Below are positions 8,549-18,037 of a stretch of 33,605 nt of DNA, piece by piece; the first letter of the stretch is position 1; each line of letters starts with the position of its first letter. Under the pieces are notes generated by a model. It was not told the origin of the DNA and did not search any database. It was given only the letters and a program-made list of their open reading frames with translations. The stretch spans positions 1-33,605 of the forward strand of contig JBKPOL010000085.1 in assembly GCA_046733075.1 (NCBI GenBank). The letters are read 5' to 3'. This DNA comes from Pseudomonadota bacterium (GTDB taxonomy: Bacteria > Pseudomonadota > Gammaproteobacteria > Burkholderiales > Casimicrobiaceae). Made by a program: the position numbers and the translations under genes.

Positions 8549-9373
8549 ATGAGCGGCGACGTTTACCCGCTGTCGCCAGCGCCTCGCGCGCCTGGACCGC
8601 TCGAGGGCATCGGCGTGATCGTCACGCGGCCGCAACGGCAGGCGGCAATGTTCGCCTCCCGGATCGCGGCGCTTGGCGGCGCCCCAATCATCTGGCCGGC
8701 GATCGTAATCCTGCCGCCGCCCGATCGCGGTCCGCTCGAGCGCGCCCACGCGTCGCTCGCCGACTACGACATCGCCGTCTTCGTGTCCGCAAATGCCGTC
8801 GAATTCGGCGCACCGGCTGCCGGACGCTGGCCCGCACATATCGTGACCTATGCACCCGGCCCTGGAACTGCCGAGGCGCTCGCGGGAGCGGGCATTGCCA
8901 ATGCCCAGGTGCCTGTGACCTCGCTCGACAGCGAGGGCCTGCTCGAGCTGCCCTCGCTCGCGGACGTCACGGGCAAGCGCATCGTCGTTTTCCGCGGTGA
9001 AGGCGGACGGGAATTCTTGGGCAACACACTGCGCGCTCGCGGCGCCAGCGTCGATCACGTGCCGTGTTATCGGCGCGTCGCCCCGCAATCGGGCGCCGAA
9101 GGACTGATCGACGCGATGCGCGAAGGCCGCGCCCACGCCCTGACGCTCACGTCGAGCGAGGGTCTGGACAACCTGGTTGCGGCAGTCGGCCCCGTCGGCT
9201 GCGAACTAATCGCGCGTCTACCCGTTTTTGCCGCGCATCCCCGCATCGCCGAACGGGCGCGCGAGCATCGGTTGCGTGCAATCGAGACAGCCGGCGGCGA
9301 CGGCGGAATGCTGGCCGGCTTGCTCGAGTGGTTTGCGGGCCCTCCCCGCACAGCGGCGACGCGCACCGGATGA
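8549..9373 (+). CDS. hemD: Uroporphyrinogen-III synthase
   Basis: VIVTRP, FVSANAV, GPGTAEAL, DSEGLL, RGEGGRE, CYRR, TSSE; directly after hemC. Confidence 0.93.
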   Translation: MSGDVYPLSPAPRAPGPLEGIGVIVTRPQRQAAMFASRIAALGGAPIIWPAIVILPPPDRGPLERAHASLADYDIAVFVSANAVEFGAPAAGRWPAHIVTYAPGPGTAEALAGAGIANAQVPVTSLDSEGLLELPSLADVTGKRIVVFRGEGGREFLGNTLRARGASVDHVPCYRRVAPQSGAEGLIDAMREGRAHALTLTSSEGLDNLVAAVGPVGCELIARLPVFAAHPRIAERAREHRLRAIETAGGDGGMLAGLLEWFAGPPRTAATRTG

Positions 9374-9419
9374 ATGACGTTGTCCGGTCTTCGCATCGAC
9401 AGCAACTTCGAAAGACGCT

Positions 9420-10376
9420 ATGAACGACGTTGACATCCTGATCACGGCCCCATTGCCTCCATTTCTCTACGAGCCGCTGCGCAAGGACTATCGCTGCCAC
9501 GACTACGCGGAGGCGCCCGACAAGCCGGCGCTGCTGCGCGACGTGTCGGCACTCATCCGCGGTCTCGTGCAGGGCGGAGGGACGGTAACGCCGACGTCGC
9601 TGCTCGAAGCGCTGCCGGGGCTCGAGATCATTTCGGTGTTTGGCGTGGGCTACGACGGCGTGCCGACCGACTACTGTCGCACGCGCGGCATCAAGGTCAC
9701 GAACACGCCCGATGTGCTGACCGACGACGTCGCCGATGTCGCCGTGGGTCTCATCCTGATGACGGGGCGCGGCTTCGTGCGCGCGAACCGCTTCGTGCAT
9801 GCCGGCGAATGGGTGCGACGCGGCCCTGAGCTAACGACGAAGCTCGGCGGACGCTCGGTCGGAATTCTCGGTCTCGGCCGCATCGGCAAGGCGATCGCAG
9901 AACGCGTGCAGGCGATGCGCATGCGTGTTTCGTACACCGGGCGCAAGCCGCAGGACGTGCCGTATCACTACGTTCCCGATGTCGAGTCGCTTGCGCGCGA
10001 GGTCGACTTTCTCGTCGTCGCGTGCCCGGGCGGTCCTGCCACGCGCCAGCTCGTCGACGAGGGCGTATTGGACGCGCTCGGGGCCAAGGGAACGCTGATC
10101 AACATTGCGCGCGGCTCGATCGTCGACGAACCGGCCCTCGTGCGCGCGCTCGCGAACAGGACGATCAAGGCGGCCGGCCTGGACGTCTTCGAGAACGAGC
10201 CCAACATTCCTCCGGAGCTCCTCGCGATGGACAACGTCGTCCTGTTGCCGCACGTGGGCAGCGCGACGCGCGAGACACGCCAGGCGATGGGTGACCTGTG
10301 CAAGGCGAACCTCGATCAATGGTTCGACCGGCGCTCGGTGCTGACACTGATACCCGAACTCGCCTCGGCTCCGTGA
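9420..10376 (+). CDS. D-2-hydroxyacid dehydrogenase (glyoxylate/hydroxypyruvate reductase-like)
   Basis: GVGYD, VTNTPDVLTDDVAD, GLGRIG, NIARG, DVFENEP, PHVGSAT. Confidence 0.92.
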   Translation: MNDVDILITAPLPPFLYEPLRKDYRCHDYAEAPDKPALLRDVSALIRGLVQGGGTVTPTSLLEALPGLEIISVFGVGYDGVPTDYCRTRGIKVTNTPDVLTDDVADVAVGLILMTGRGFVRANRFVHAGEWVRRGPELTTKLGGRSVGILGLGRIGKAIAERVQAMRMRVSYTGRKPQDVPYHYVPDVESLAREVDFLVVACPGGPATRQLVDEGVLDALGAKGTLINIARGSIVDEPALVRALANRTIKAAGLDVFENEPNIPPELLAMDNVVLLPHVGSATRETRQAMGDLCKANLDQWFDRRSVLTLIPELASAP

Positions 10377-10421
10377 TTACACGAGGCGGGCGCGCCCAAT
10401 CGTCCCCAAATGCTGCCGAGC

Positions 10422-11369
10422 TCAGTCGTCCGGTGCAATCGGCGCTGCGCTGATGCGCTTTTCGGTCGGCTGGAACAGCACGGTGAACAATGCCGCCACA
10501 ACGAGCGCGAGCGCGATCCATTCCTGGGGCCCGGGTCGCTCGCCGAGCAGTACGATGCCCGAGAAGACGCCGACGACAGGCACCGGCAGCGATGACAGCG
10601 ACGACACCGCAACCGGCAGCGTGCGCGCGAGCGTGAACCACGCCCAATGCGCGAGCGTTCCGGCGAGAAAGATGTTGTAGCCGATCGCGAACCAGCCGCG
10701 CGCCGAAAGGTTGGCGAGGGCGACCGACAACGGCTGCGGGTCGAACACCGGAGCGAGCAGCGCGAGCGGTATCCAGCCGAGCAGCATCATCCATCCCGAA
10801 AGCGTGTTCTGCGCGACAGGAAGCTGCCATTTGCGCAGCAGCACCGTGCCCATTGCCCACGCAATCGCCGCGGCGAGAATCATCAGCGCGCCAAAAGGCG
10901 CCGCGCGGACGACGGTGATCTGCTCGCCGATCAGCACGGCCATGCCCGCAACGCCGAGCGCGAGGCCGAGCAACTTGCGACGCGACAGGTGCTCATGCAG
11001 CACGAGCGCCGCGATCATCGTCGCCCAGATGGGCATAGTGTAGGCGAGTATCGCGCTCCTCCCGGCGGGCATCTGCTGGACGCCAAAAAGCACGAAGCCG
11101 TTCCAGAAGCCGATGTTGAAGAGCGCGAGCACGAAAAGCCTCCGCCATAGCGCGCGGGGGATCGAAATCGACTCACCCGACAGTCGGGAGACGATCAGCA
11201 TGCCGACGGCGGCGAGGGGAAGCGTCAGGCTGCGAAACGTGAGCGGCGCGAGCTCGGTCACGCCCATCTTGAGGATCGGCCAGTTGCAGCCCCACACCAG
11301 CGTGAGCACCAGAATCGGCCAAGCCGAACGCGTCATGGGAGCTGCGGAGGGGCGAGCGGTTGTGGCCAT
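10422..11369 (-). CDS. DMT/EamA-family transporter
   Basis: About 10 TM segments; WGCNWP, AILAYTMPIW, LHEHLS, LLGERP duplicated EamA pattern. Confidence 0.92.
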   Translation of the reverse strand: MATTARPSAAPMTRSAWPILVLTLVWGCNWPILKMGVTELAPLTFRSLTLPLAAVGMLIVSRLSGESISIPRALWRRLFVLALFNIGFWNGFVLFGVQQMPAGRSAILAYTMPIWATMIAALVLHEHLSRRKLLGLALGVAGMAVLIGEQITVVRAAPFGALMILAAAIAWAMGTVLLRKWQLPVAQNTLSGWMMLLGWIPLALLAPVFDPQPLSVALANLSARGWFAIGYNIFLAGTLAHWAWFTLARTLPVAVSSLSSLPVPVVGVFSGIVLLGERPGPQEWIALALVVAALFTVLFQPTEKRISAAPIAPDD

Positions 11370-11420
11370 GTCGACGAACGGAATGCGAAAGGCGCGGCCG
11401 GGCCGCGATGATGACGGGGA

Positions 11421-11951
11421 TTACGGGGGACTGCCGTACTTGCTTGCATGGAGCGCACGCGCCTGCGTGACCCACTCGTCGCGCCTGATGCGCCCGGGAA
11501 ATTCCGCGAGGCGTGCGTCGAACTCGTCGATGTCGCGGTCGCTCCAGTGTGCGATCTGCCGGTACGTTCCGATGCCGAGCTGATAGAGCATCCGCTCGAT
11601 GACAGGGCCAATGCCGACGATGAGCTTGAGATCATCCGGTGTTCCCGGCGCATCGAGGAGCGGCGGCGGTGCGTTGCGCTCGATGTCGATGACGATCTGG
11701 CGGTAGCGCGCGGTTTCGCCGCGCGCATCGGCGACCTCGCGAAAGAGGCTCCGACGGTCTTCGGCAAAGTCGAGCAGCTGCGGCATCGCTTCAGGCGCGC
11801 TGTCGCTGCGTGTGTTCGCGCCGGATAGCGGCTGCTGGTTCGGAATGGCCATCGACGGCGGGTTGCGCCGACCTTGACTTTCGCCGACGCGATACGCAAC
11901 GACAATACCGATCGCGAGCGCCATCAACGCAAGCAGCGTGAATGCGGTCAC
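11421..11951 (-). CDS. Membrane-anchored protein with C-terminal helix-hairpin-helix (COG3743/H3TH-like) domain
   Basis: N-terminal TM (TLLALMALAIGIVVAY); DDLKLIVGIGPVIERMLYQLGIGTYRQIAHW...GRIRRDEWVTQA. Start GTG 11951 chosen; ORF extends to 12029. Confidence 0.8.
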   Translation of the reverse strand: MTAFTLLALMALAIGIVVAYRVGESQGRRNPPSMAIPNQQPLSGANTRSDSAPEAMPQLLDFAEDRRSLFREVADARGETARYRQIVIDIERNAPPPLLDAPGTPDDLKLIVGIGPVIERMLYQLGIGTYRQIAHWSDRDIDEFDARLAEFPGRIRRDEWVTQARALHASKYGSPP

Positions 11952-12131
11952 GGATCGGCGCGGGCGGCTCTGGTGCGAAACGGTTGTCGGTGCCGTTCCA
12001 TTGTATGCGACGGCAGCTCGCACGGCCAATCAATGAAACGCCGCGACTGCTTTGCGGTTTCCGCGCAATCCGGGAGTGATCAGGCATTCCATTCGGTCCG
12101 GCTGATAAAATTCGCCGCCACTTGAGTCGCC

Positions 12132-13211
12132 ATGCAGACAACGCTGCCCGATTCGGAACGAGACGGCTCGGCCGCGCCGACGGCGGCGCCCTCACGCGCC
12201 GTCTCCGTGTCGAGCGTGCGTGCATTGTGGCTCGTCGTCGTCGTGGCGCTGCTTGCCGGCGCATATGCCTGGTTCGTTGAACGCCGCGATATGGAAGCGC
12301 TCCGTGCCGACGTCGCGCAACGGCTCACGACGGTCGACGCCTCCGCGGCCCAGGCACGCGCACGCGAGTCGGATCTTGCGAACGAGCTGCGCGATGCACA
12401 GGCGAAGCTGGCCTTGCTCGAGGCGCGCGTCGGCGAGTTCCAGTCGCAGCAGGCCTCGCTGGAAGCGCTGTATCGCGAGCTGGCGCCGTCGCGCGACGAG
12501 CTTGCGCTATCTGAGGTGGAGCAGATCCTCATGCTCGCGAGCCAGCAACTGTCGCTCGCCGGCAACGTGCAGGCCGCACTCGCGGGTCTGCAGGTCGCGG
12601 ACGCCAAGCTCGCCCGACTCGATCGGCCGCAGCTTGCGCCGATTCGCCGCGTTCTTGCGCGCGACATGGATCGGTTGAAAGCCGTTCCATACGTGGACGT
12701 CGCCGGCATCTCGATCAAGCTCGATCAGTTGAGCGGAATCATCGATTCGCTGCCGCTTGCGAAGGACGAGCGCTTGCCGGTGCCGAAAGCGGTCGAGCCC
12801 TCGCGGGATGAGCCGGCATGGGTTCGACTGCTGCGCGATGTATGGAACGACATGCGCAACGTTATCCGCGTCGAGGTGTCCGATCGTCCTCCGCCACCGC
12901 TCGTGACACCGCAACAATCGTTCTTCCTGCGCGAAAACCTGCGTCTTCGCCTGCTGTCGGCGCGGCTTGCGCTGCTCTCGCGCGACGAGCGCGCATTCCG
13001 TGCGGACGTTCAGGCTGCCACGGCCTGGCTCAAGCAATACTTCGACGTGCAGAGCAAGCCGGTGCAGGTCGCGCTCGCGACGCTCGCCCAACACGCAACG
13101 ATTGCAATGCCCGGCGAAATGCCGGACCTCGCGGCGAGCGTCGACGCCGTCCGGGCCGTCAAGGCGGCGGGAGAGCGGGCGCCGGAGCGCGCTCCCGCGC
13201 GCGCCAAATAG
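12132..13211 (+). CDS. hemX: HemX-family membrane protein
   Basis: TM plus coiled coil; LSEVEQILMLASQQLSLAGNV, FLRENLRLRLLSARLALLSR, WLKQYFD. Confidence 0.92.
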   Translation: MQTTLPDSERDGSAAPTAAPSRAVSVSSVRALWLVVVVALLAGAYAWFVERRDMEALRADVAQRLTTVDASAAQARARESDLANELRDAQAKLALLEARVGEFQSQQASLEALYRELAPSRDELALSEVEQILMLASQQLSLAGNVQAALAGLQVADAKLARLDRPQLAPIRRVLARDMDRLKAVPYVDVAGISIKLDQLSGIIDSLPLAKDERLPVPKAVEPSRDEPAWVRLLRDVWNDMRNVIRVEVSDRPPPPLVTPQQSFFLRENLRLRLLSARLALLSRDERAFRADVQAATAWLKQYFDVQSKPVQVALATLAQHATIAMPGEMPDLAASVDAVRAVKAAGERAPERAPARAK

Positions 13212-13212
13212 C

Positions 13213-14403
13213 GTGCGCGCGCTGATCGCGTTTCTGGTGATCGCCACGGCGGCGGTGACGCTGGCGCTGCTGTTTCGCATCAACACCGGTTACGTGCTGT
13301 TCGTTTCGCCGCCGTATCGGGTTGAGCTCTCCCAGAACGCATTCATCGTCATTGCGGTGCTGACGATCATCGCGCTCTATGCGCTCGTGCGCGCCGCCGT
13401 GCGGCTCGCGAATCTGCCGAAGGAAGTGCGCGAAGGACGGCGTCGCCGCCAGTTCGAGCGCTTCCGCAGCAAGCAGGACGCTGCGGTCGTCGCGCTGCTC
13501 GAAGGGCGGCACGGCAAGGCGCGCCAGTTCGCGCAGGAAGCACTTGCGATTCCACATTCCTCGCCGATCGCGGCGCTCGTCGGTGCGCGCGCCGCGCTCG
13601 AAACACGCGACTATGCCGGGGCGGCGTCGATGCTCGACCGCCCGGACACGCAGGCGACGAATCTCGCGGTTCCGCGCCTCATGCTCGAAGCGGAGCTTGC
13701 GCTCGAGCGCGGCCAGCCGGCGGACGCACTCGCGCGCCTTGCCGAGCTGCGGCGCGAAGCCGGTTTGCATACGGCCGCGCAGCGACTCGAGCTGCGCGCT
13801 CTCACTGCCGCCAATCGGCCGCAGGAAATTCCGGCGCTCGTCGACCAACTGGTGAAGCGCAAGGTATACGACCCTGAGCAGGGCGAGTTGTTGCGCGCGA
13901 GCGCGCACGCGGAAGCGTTGGAAAGTTTCGAGCACGATCCGGCGGGACTGCGCGCTTACTGGGCGCGTGTTCCGGAGAACGATCGGCTGCAGCCCCGGGT
14001 TGCACGCGCGGCCGCGACCAGCTTTCTTTCGCTTGGCAGCGACCGCGAGGCCGCGGACATCCTCGCAAGGACTCTCGAGCGCAACTGGGACTCGCGGCTC
14101 GTCCTGCTCTACGCGCAGTGCCGTGCGTCCGACGCGACGCGTCAACTCGAGACCGCGGAGCGCTGGCTGGTCACGCACAACCAGGATGCGGCACTGCTCT
14201 ATACGCTTGGCCGCCTGTGCGAGCGACAGCAGTTGTGGGGCAAGGCGCAGACTTACCTCGAGGCGAGTCTCGCGCTCGACAATCACTGGCGAGCTCACGT
14301 CGCGCTGGGCGAGATGCTCGCCAGGCTCGATCGCCATGACGAGGCCAACGCGCATCTGTCCGCGGCGCTCAAGCTTGCACTCGCAGAGCTCGAGCGCCCG
14401 TGA
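13213..14403 (+). CDS. hemY: HemY_N/TPR membrane protein (proteobacterial HemY)
   Basis: GTG 1 nt after the hemX stop; NTGYVLFVSPPYRVELS, TPR-like repeats, LGRLC..QQLWGKAQTYLEASL. Confidence 0.92.
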   Translation: MRALIAFLVIATAAVTLALLFRINTGYVLFVSPPYRVELSQNAFIVIAVLTIIALYALVRAAVRLANLPKEVREGRRRRQFERFRSKQDAAVVALLEGRHGKARQFAQEALAIPHSSPIAALVGARAALETRDYAGAASMLDRPDTQATNLAVPRLMLEAELALERGQPADALARLAELRREAGLHTAAQRLELRALTAANRPQEIPALVDQLVKRKVYDPEQGELLRASAHAEALESFEHDPAGLRAYWARVPENDRLQPRVARAAATSFLSLGSDREAADILARTLERNWDSRLVLLYAQCRASDATRQLETAERWLVTHNQDAALLYTLGRLCERQQLWGKAQTYLEASLALDNHWRAHVALGEMLARLDRHDEANAHLSAALKLALAELERP

Positions 14404-14409
14404 AGAAGG

Positions 14410-15438
14410 TCAGCTCGCCTCGGACTCGGCCGCGTAAGTGAAGCTGTCGGCATAGAACTCCTCGGGCGGCAGGTTGCGGAGCGTCGTGAAATCGCGTTTC
14501 GCGGCGTCGATCATCGCGGGCGCGCCGCACGCGTAGACCTCATATCCGGAAAGGTCGCGAAAGTCGTCGAGCACCGCCTGGTGAACGAACCCGGTGCGGC
14601 CAGGCCACGCATCCTCGGCGGCCGGTTCGGACAGCACCGGGATGAACGTGAAGTTCGGATGATCGGCTTGCCATTGACCGGGCACGTCCGGCATGTACAA
14701 GTCGCGCTTCGCGCGCGCGCCCCAGTACAGCACGATCTCCCGCGGGATGCGGTGATGAAGCATGTGCTCGATGATCGCCTTGATCGGCGCGAATCCCGTG
14801 CCGCCCGCCACGAAGATCACCGGCTTGTCCGTGTCTTCGCGCAGGTAGAACGTGCCGAGCGGGCCTTCGAAGCGCAGGATCTCGCGGCCTTTGTACGTCG
14901 TGAACAGCGGGTCGGTGAAGAATCCGCCGGGCGTGTGGCGGATGTGCAATTCGAGCAGCTCGTCGGAATGCGGAGGCGTCGCGAGCGAAAAGCTGCGGCG
15001 GTGACCGTCCTTCAACAGGAAGTCGATGTACTGCCCGGGCAGGTATTGCAGGCGTTCGTTGGTCGGCAGCTTGAGTCGAACGATGGCCACATCCGCCGTC
15101 GGCTTTTCGATCGACTCGATGCGGCAGGGTAACCGCTTGATCTGAATGTCACCTGCGCGTCGAACCTCGCGCACCTCGATGACGACATCGCTCCGCGGAC
15201 GTGCGACGCAGAACAGTGCGAGTCCCTTGCGCTTTTCGTCGTCCGTGAGCGTCGATGTCTGATGTGCGCCGAAGTCGACATCGCCATCGAGGATGCGGCC
15301 CTTGCAGGTGCCGCACGCGCCGTTGCGACAACCGTACGGGATCATCAGATCGGCGCGCATGGCGGCCTGCAGTACGGTTTCGCCAGCTTCGCACGCGAAC
15401 CCGTGCCCGCTCGGTCGTATGGTAATCTGCAACGTCAT
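14410..15438 (-). CDS. 2Fe-2S/FAD/NAD(P) oxidoreductase (CDP-6-deoxy-delta-3,4-glucoseen reductase-like)
   Basis: CRNGACGTC...C ferredoxin motif, RRSFSLA, GGTGFAP, YACGAPAM. Confidence 0.92.
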   Translation of the reverse strand: MTLQITIRPSGHGFACEAGETVLQAAMRADLMIPYGCRNGACGTCKGRILDGDVDFGAHQTSTLTDDEKRKGLALFCVARPRSDVVIEVREVRRAGDIQIKRLPCRIESIEKPTADVAIVRLKLPTNERLQYLPGQYIDFLLKDGHRRSFSLATPPHSDELLELHIRHTPGGFFTDPLFTTYKGREILRFEGPLGTFYLREDTDKPVIFVAGGTGFAPIKAIIEHMLHHRIPREIVLYWGARAKRDLYMPDVPGQWQADHPNFTFIPVLSEPAAEDAWPGRTGFVHQAVLDDFRDLSGYEVYACGAPAMIDAAKRDFTTLRNLPPEEFYADSFTYAAESEAS

Positions 15439-15536
15439 TGCGGTTGGGTAGGCATCAGCATGGATGGTTCCTGCGCCGGATCGCGTGACGCAAGCGCTTG
15501 CCACCGCTGCGGCGCACTCCCCGCGCCGATCGCCCG

Positions 15537-16478
15537 ATGCATCGAGTCTTGCTCATAGGATGCGGCGATATCGCGCTGCGCGTGGCAGAGCGCCTTCGGC
15601 ATCGCGCTCGCCTCGTGGGACTTACGCGCACTCCTGACGACATCCGGAAGCTTCGCGGACACGGCATCGTTCCGCTGGTGGGCGACCTCGACGATCGACG
15701 AACGCTTGCGCGCCTGCGAACGGCGCCGTTCGCGGTGCTGCATTTCGCGCCGCCGCCCGGTGAAGGCCGGGACGATCCGCGAACGCGTCATCTCGTCGCC
15801 GCGCTCGCGAGCGCGCGGATTATACCCCGCCGTATCGTGTACCTCTCCACGTCCGGCGTGTATGGCGACTGCGCCGGCGCGCGGGTCACTGAAACGCGGC
15901 CGCGCCGCGCACAAACGCCCCGAGCAAAGCGCCGCGTCGCCGCGGAGGAGCGACTGCGCCGCTTCGCGATCCGCAGTCGCGTCACGCTCACGATCCTTCG
16001 TGTGCCGGGCATCTATGCGCCAACGCGCCTGCCTCTCGAACGCCTGCGTCACGACACGCCCGTACTCCGCGGCGAGGACGACGTCTACACCAACCATATC
16101 CATGCAGACGATCTCGCGCGCGCCGTGGTGGCCGCGCTTTATCGCGGTGGAGCGAACCGCACGTACAACGTGAGCGACGACAGTGAGTTCAGGATGGGCG
16201 AATGGTTCGACCTCGTCGCTGACACGTTCGATCTGCCGCGCCCGCGTCGTGTCCCCCGGGAGATTGCCGAGCGCGAGATCGCCCCGTCGCTGCTTTCGTT
16301 CATGCGCGAGTCGCGGCGACTTTCGAACGCGCGCCTGAAGCGCGAGCTTCGCGTGTCGCTCTCGCACCCGACACCGCGCAAGATGCTCGCAGAGATCGCC
16401 CCGCGCGCGCTCACTCGCCAGCTTGCGCTGCCTATCGATAACCTGCCCGCGTCGCGGCGGGTACGGATGAAACGATGA
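15537..16478 (+). CDS. NAD-dependent epimerase/dehydratase-like extended SDR
   Basis: IGCGDIA, YLSTSGVYGDC, LRVPGIY, NHIHADDLA; divergent from the reductase. Confidence 0.88.
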   Translation: MHRVLLIGCGDIALRVAERLRHRARLVGLTRTPDDIRKLRGHGIVPLVGDLDDRRTLARLRTAPFAVLHFAPPPGEGRDDPRTRHLVAALASARIIPRRIVYLSTSGVYGDCAGARVTETRPRRAQTPRAKRRVAAEERLRRFAIRSRVTLTILRVPGIYAPTRLPLERLRHDTPVLRGEDDVYTNHIHADDLARAVVAALYRGGANRTYNVSDDSEFRMGEWFDLVADTFDLPRPRRVPREIAEREIAPSLLSFMRESRRLSNARLKRELRVSLSHPTPRKMLAEIAPRALTRQLALPIDNLPASRRVRMKR

Positions 16479-17410
16479 CGGGTGCCGCCAGCGCGCAGCG
16501 GCGCGATGCGGCGCGGCGCAAGCTGACGCTCATGGAGCGGCTCGACGCCTACGAGCGGTTGATGCGGCTCGACAAGCCCATCGGAACGCTGCTGCTCCTG
16601 TGGCCGACGCTTTCCGCACTCTGGTTCGCTGCCAATGGAACACCCCGGTTGTCGCTGGTGCTGATCTTCGTCGTCGGCACGCTGGTTATGCGCTCCGCCG
16701 GATGTGCGATGAACGACTGGGCCGATCGCAACTACGATGGACATGTGAGGCGGACCGCCATGCGTCCGCTCCCCGCGGGCGTGATCGCTCCTTGGGAGGC
16801 GCTCGTCGTTGCCGCGGTCGGAGTTGTGGTCGCATTCGCGCTCGTTCTCTTCACCAACCGGACGACGATGCTGTGGTCGTTGCCCGCATTCGCCATCGCC
16901 GCCATCTATCCGTTCGTCAAGCGCTTCTTCGCCGTTCCGCAGGCGTTCCTCGGCATCGCGTTCTCGTTCGGCATTCCGATGGCGTATGCGGCCGTGCAGG
17001 ATCAGGTGCCGCTTGTCGCGTGGGCGCTGCTCGGCATCAACTTCTTCTGGGTGATGGCGTACGACACCGAGTATGCGATGGTCGATCGCGAAGACGACAT
17101 GAAGATCGGGATTCGCACATCGGCGATCACGTTCGCACGTTACGACGTCGCTGCAGTCGCCGCCTGTTATGTGATCTTTGTCGCAGGCATGGCCTGCTTC
17201 GGCTGGCTGTATGCGATGGGTCCCGCGTACTACGCAGGTCTCGCGGTTGCGTCGGGGATTGCCGTGCAGCACCTGCGAACGATTCGCACCCGGGAGCCTT
17301 CGGCCTGCTTTCGGGCGTTTCTAGGCAATCACTGGCTCGGCATGTCCATCTTCGTGGGCATCGCGGTCGACTACGCGGTGCGTTCCGGTCGTTGGCCGCA
17401 CGCGTTGTGA
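16475..17410 (+). CDS. ubiA: 4-hydroxybenzoate polyprenyltransferase
   Basis: LMRLDKPIGTLLLLWP, MRSAGCAMNDWADR.YDGHVRRT..RP, AYDTEYAMVDREDD. Confidence 0.96.
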   Translation: MTGAASAQRRDAARRKLTLMERLDAYERLMRLDKPIGTLLLLWPTLSALWFAANGTPRLSLVLIFVVGTLVMRSAGCAMNDWADRNYDGHVRRTAMRPLPAGVIAPWEALVVAAVGVVVAFALVLFTNRTTMLWSLPAFAIAAIYPFVKRFFAVPQAFLGIAFSFGIPMAYAAVQDQVPLVAWALLGINFFWVMAYDTEYAMVDREDDMKIGIRTSAITFARYDVAAVAACYVIFVAGMACFGWLYAMGPAYYAGLAVASGIAVQHLRTIRTREPSACFRAFLGNHWLGMSIFVGIAVDYAVRSGRWPHAL

Positions 17411-17479
17411 CCCGCGCCTCGTCCTCGGCGTGAAGCACGCCTCAAATCTCAGTCTTACGCGCGCTTCGTCGTTACGGCG

Positions 17480-18037
17480 ATGACGCGTGGCGCGGTCCGG
17501 AGCAGGCGGGGCGCTGCTTCAGGGTCCGGCGAAACCGCGAAGATTGCGCCGCGCCGCCGCGGCTTGGCGCCTGTCATCGACGCCGATGCGCGCGTGCTCA
17601 TCCTCGGCAGCTTTCCGAGCGAAGCGTCGCTCGCGGCACGGCAGTACTACGCCCATCCGCGCAACCACTTCTGGCCGATCCTCGGCACCGTATTGAATGA
17701 GCCGCTCGTGGAGCTGCCTTATGCCGACCGTCTGTCGCGCATCCGTGCGCATCGCCTCGCCATCTGGGATACGATCGTCGCCTGCGAGCGTGCGGGCAGT
17801 CTGGACGCGGCGATACGCAGCGCCGAGCGCGGCGAGGTTGCGCAAGTGCGCCGGATCGCGCGCGAATTGCGGGCGGTTTGCTTCAATGGACACATGGCCG
17901 GCCAGGCGCGAGGAGCGTGGGCCGAAGCCGGGTACGAAACGCTGGTATTGCCGTCGACGAGCCCGGCGTACACGAGGCCGTTCGCGGAGAAACTCGCTGC
18001 CTGGCGCGAGCTGCGCCGTTTTCTGGAGGAGCGTTGA
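17480..18037 (+). CDS. DNA-deoxyinosine (hypoxanthine) glycosylase, UDG family 6
   Basis: LILGSFPS, QYYAHPRNHFW, GSLDAAI, LPSTSPA. Confidence 0.88.
   Translation: MTRGAVRSRRGAASGSGETAKIAPRRRGLAPVIDADARVLILGSFPSEASLAARQYYAHPRNHFWPILGTVLNEPLVELPYADRLSRIRAHRLAIWDTIVACERAGSLDAAIRSAERGEVAQVRRIARELRAVCFNGHMAGQARGAWAEAGYETLVLPSTSPAYTRPFAEKLAAWRELRRFLEER

Noticed and set aside
12967-13212. 82-aa N-terminal extension of HemY in the ORF track
   Set aside because: Overlaps hemX; GTG 13213 gives the canonical HemY start.
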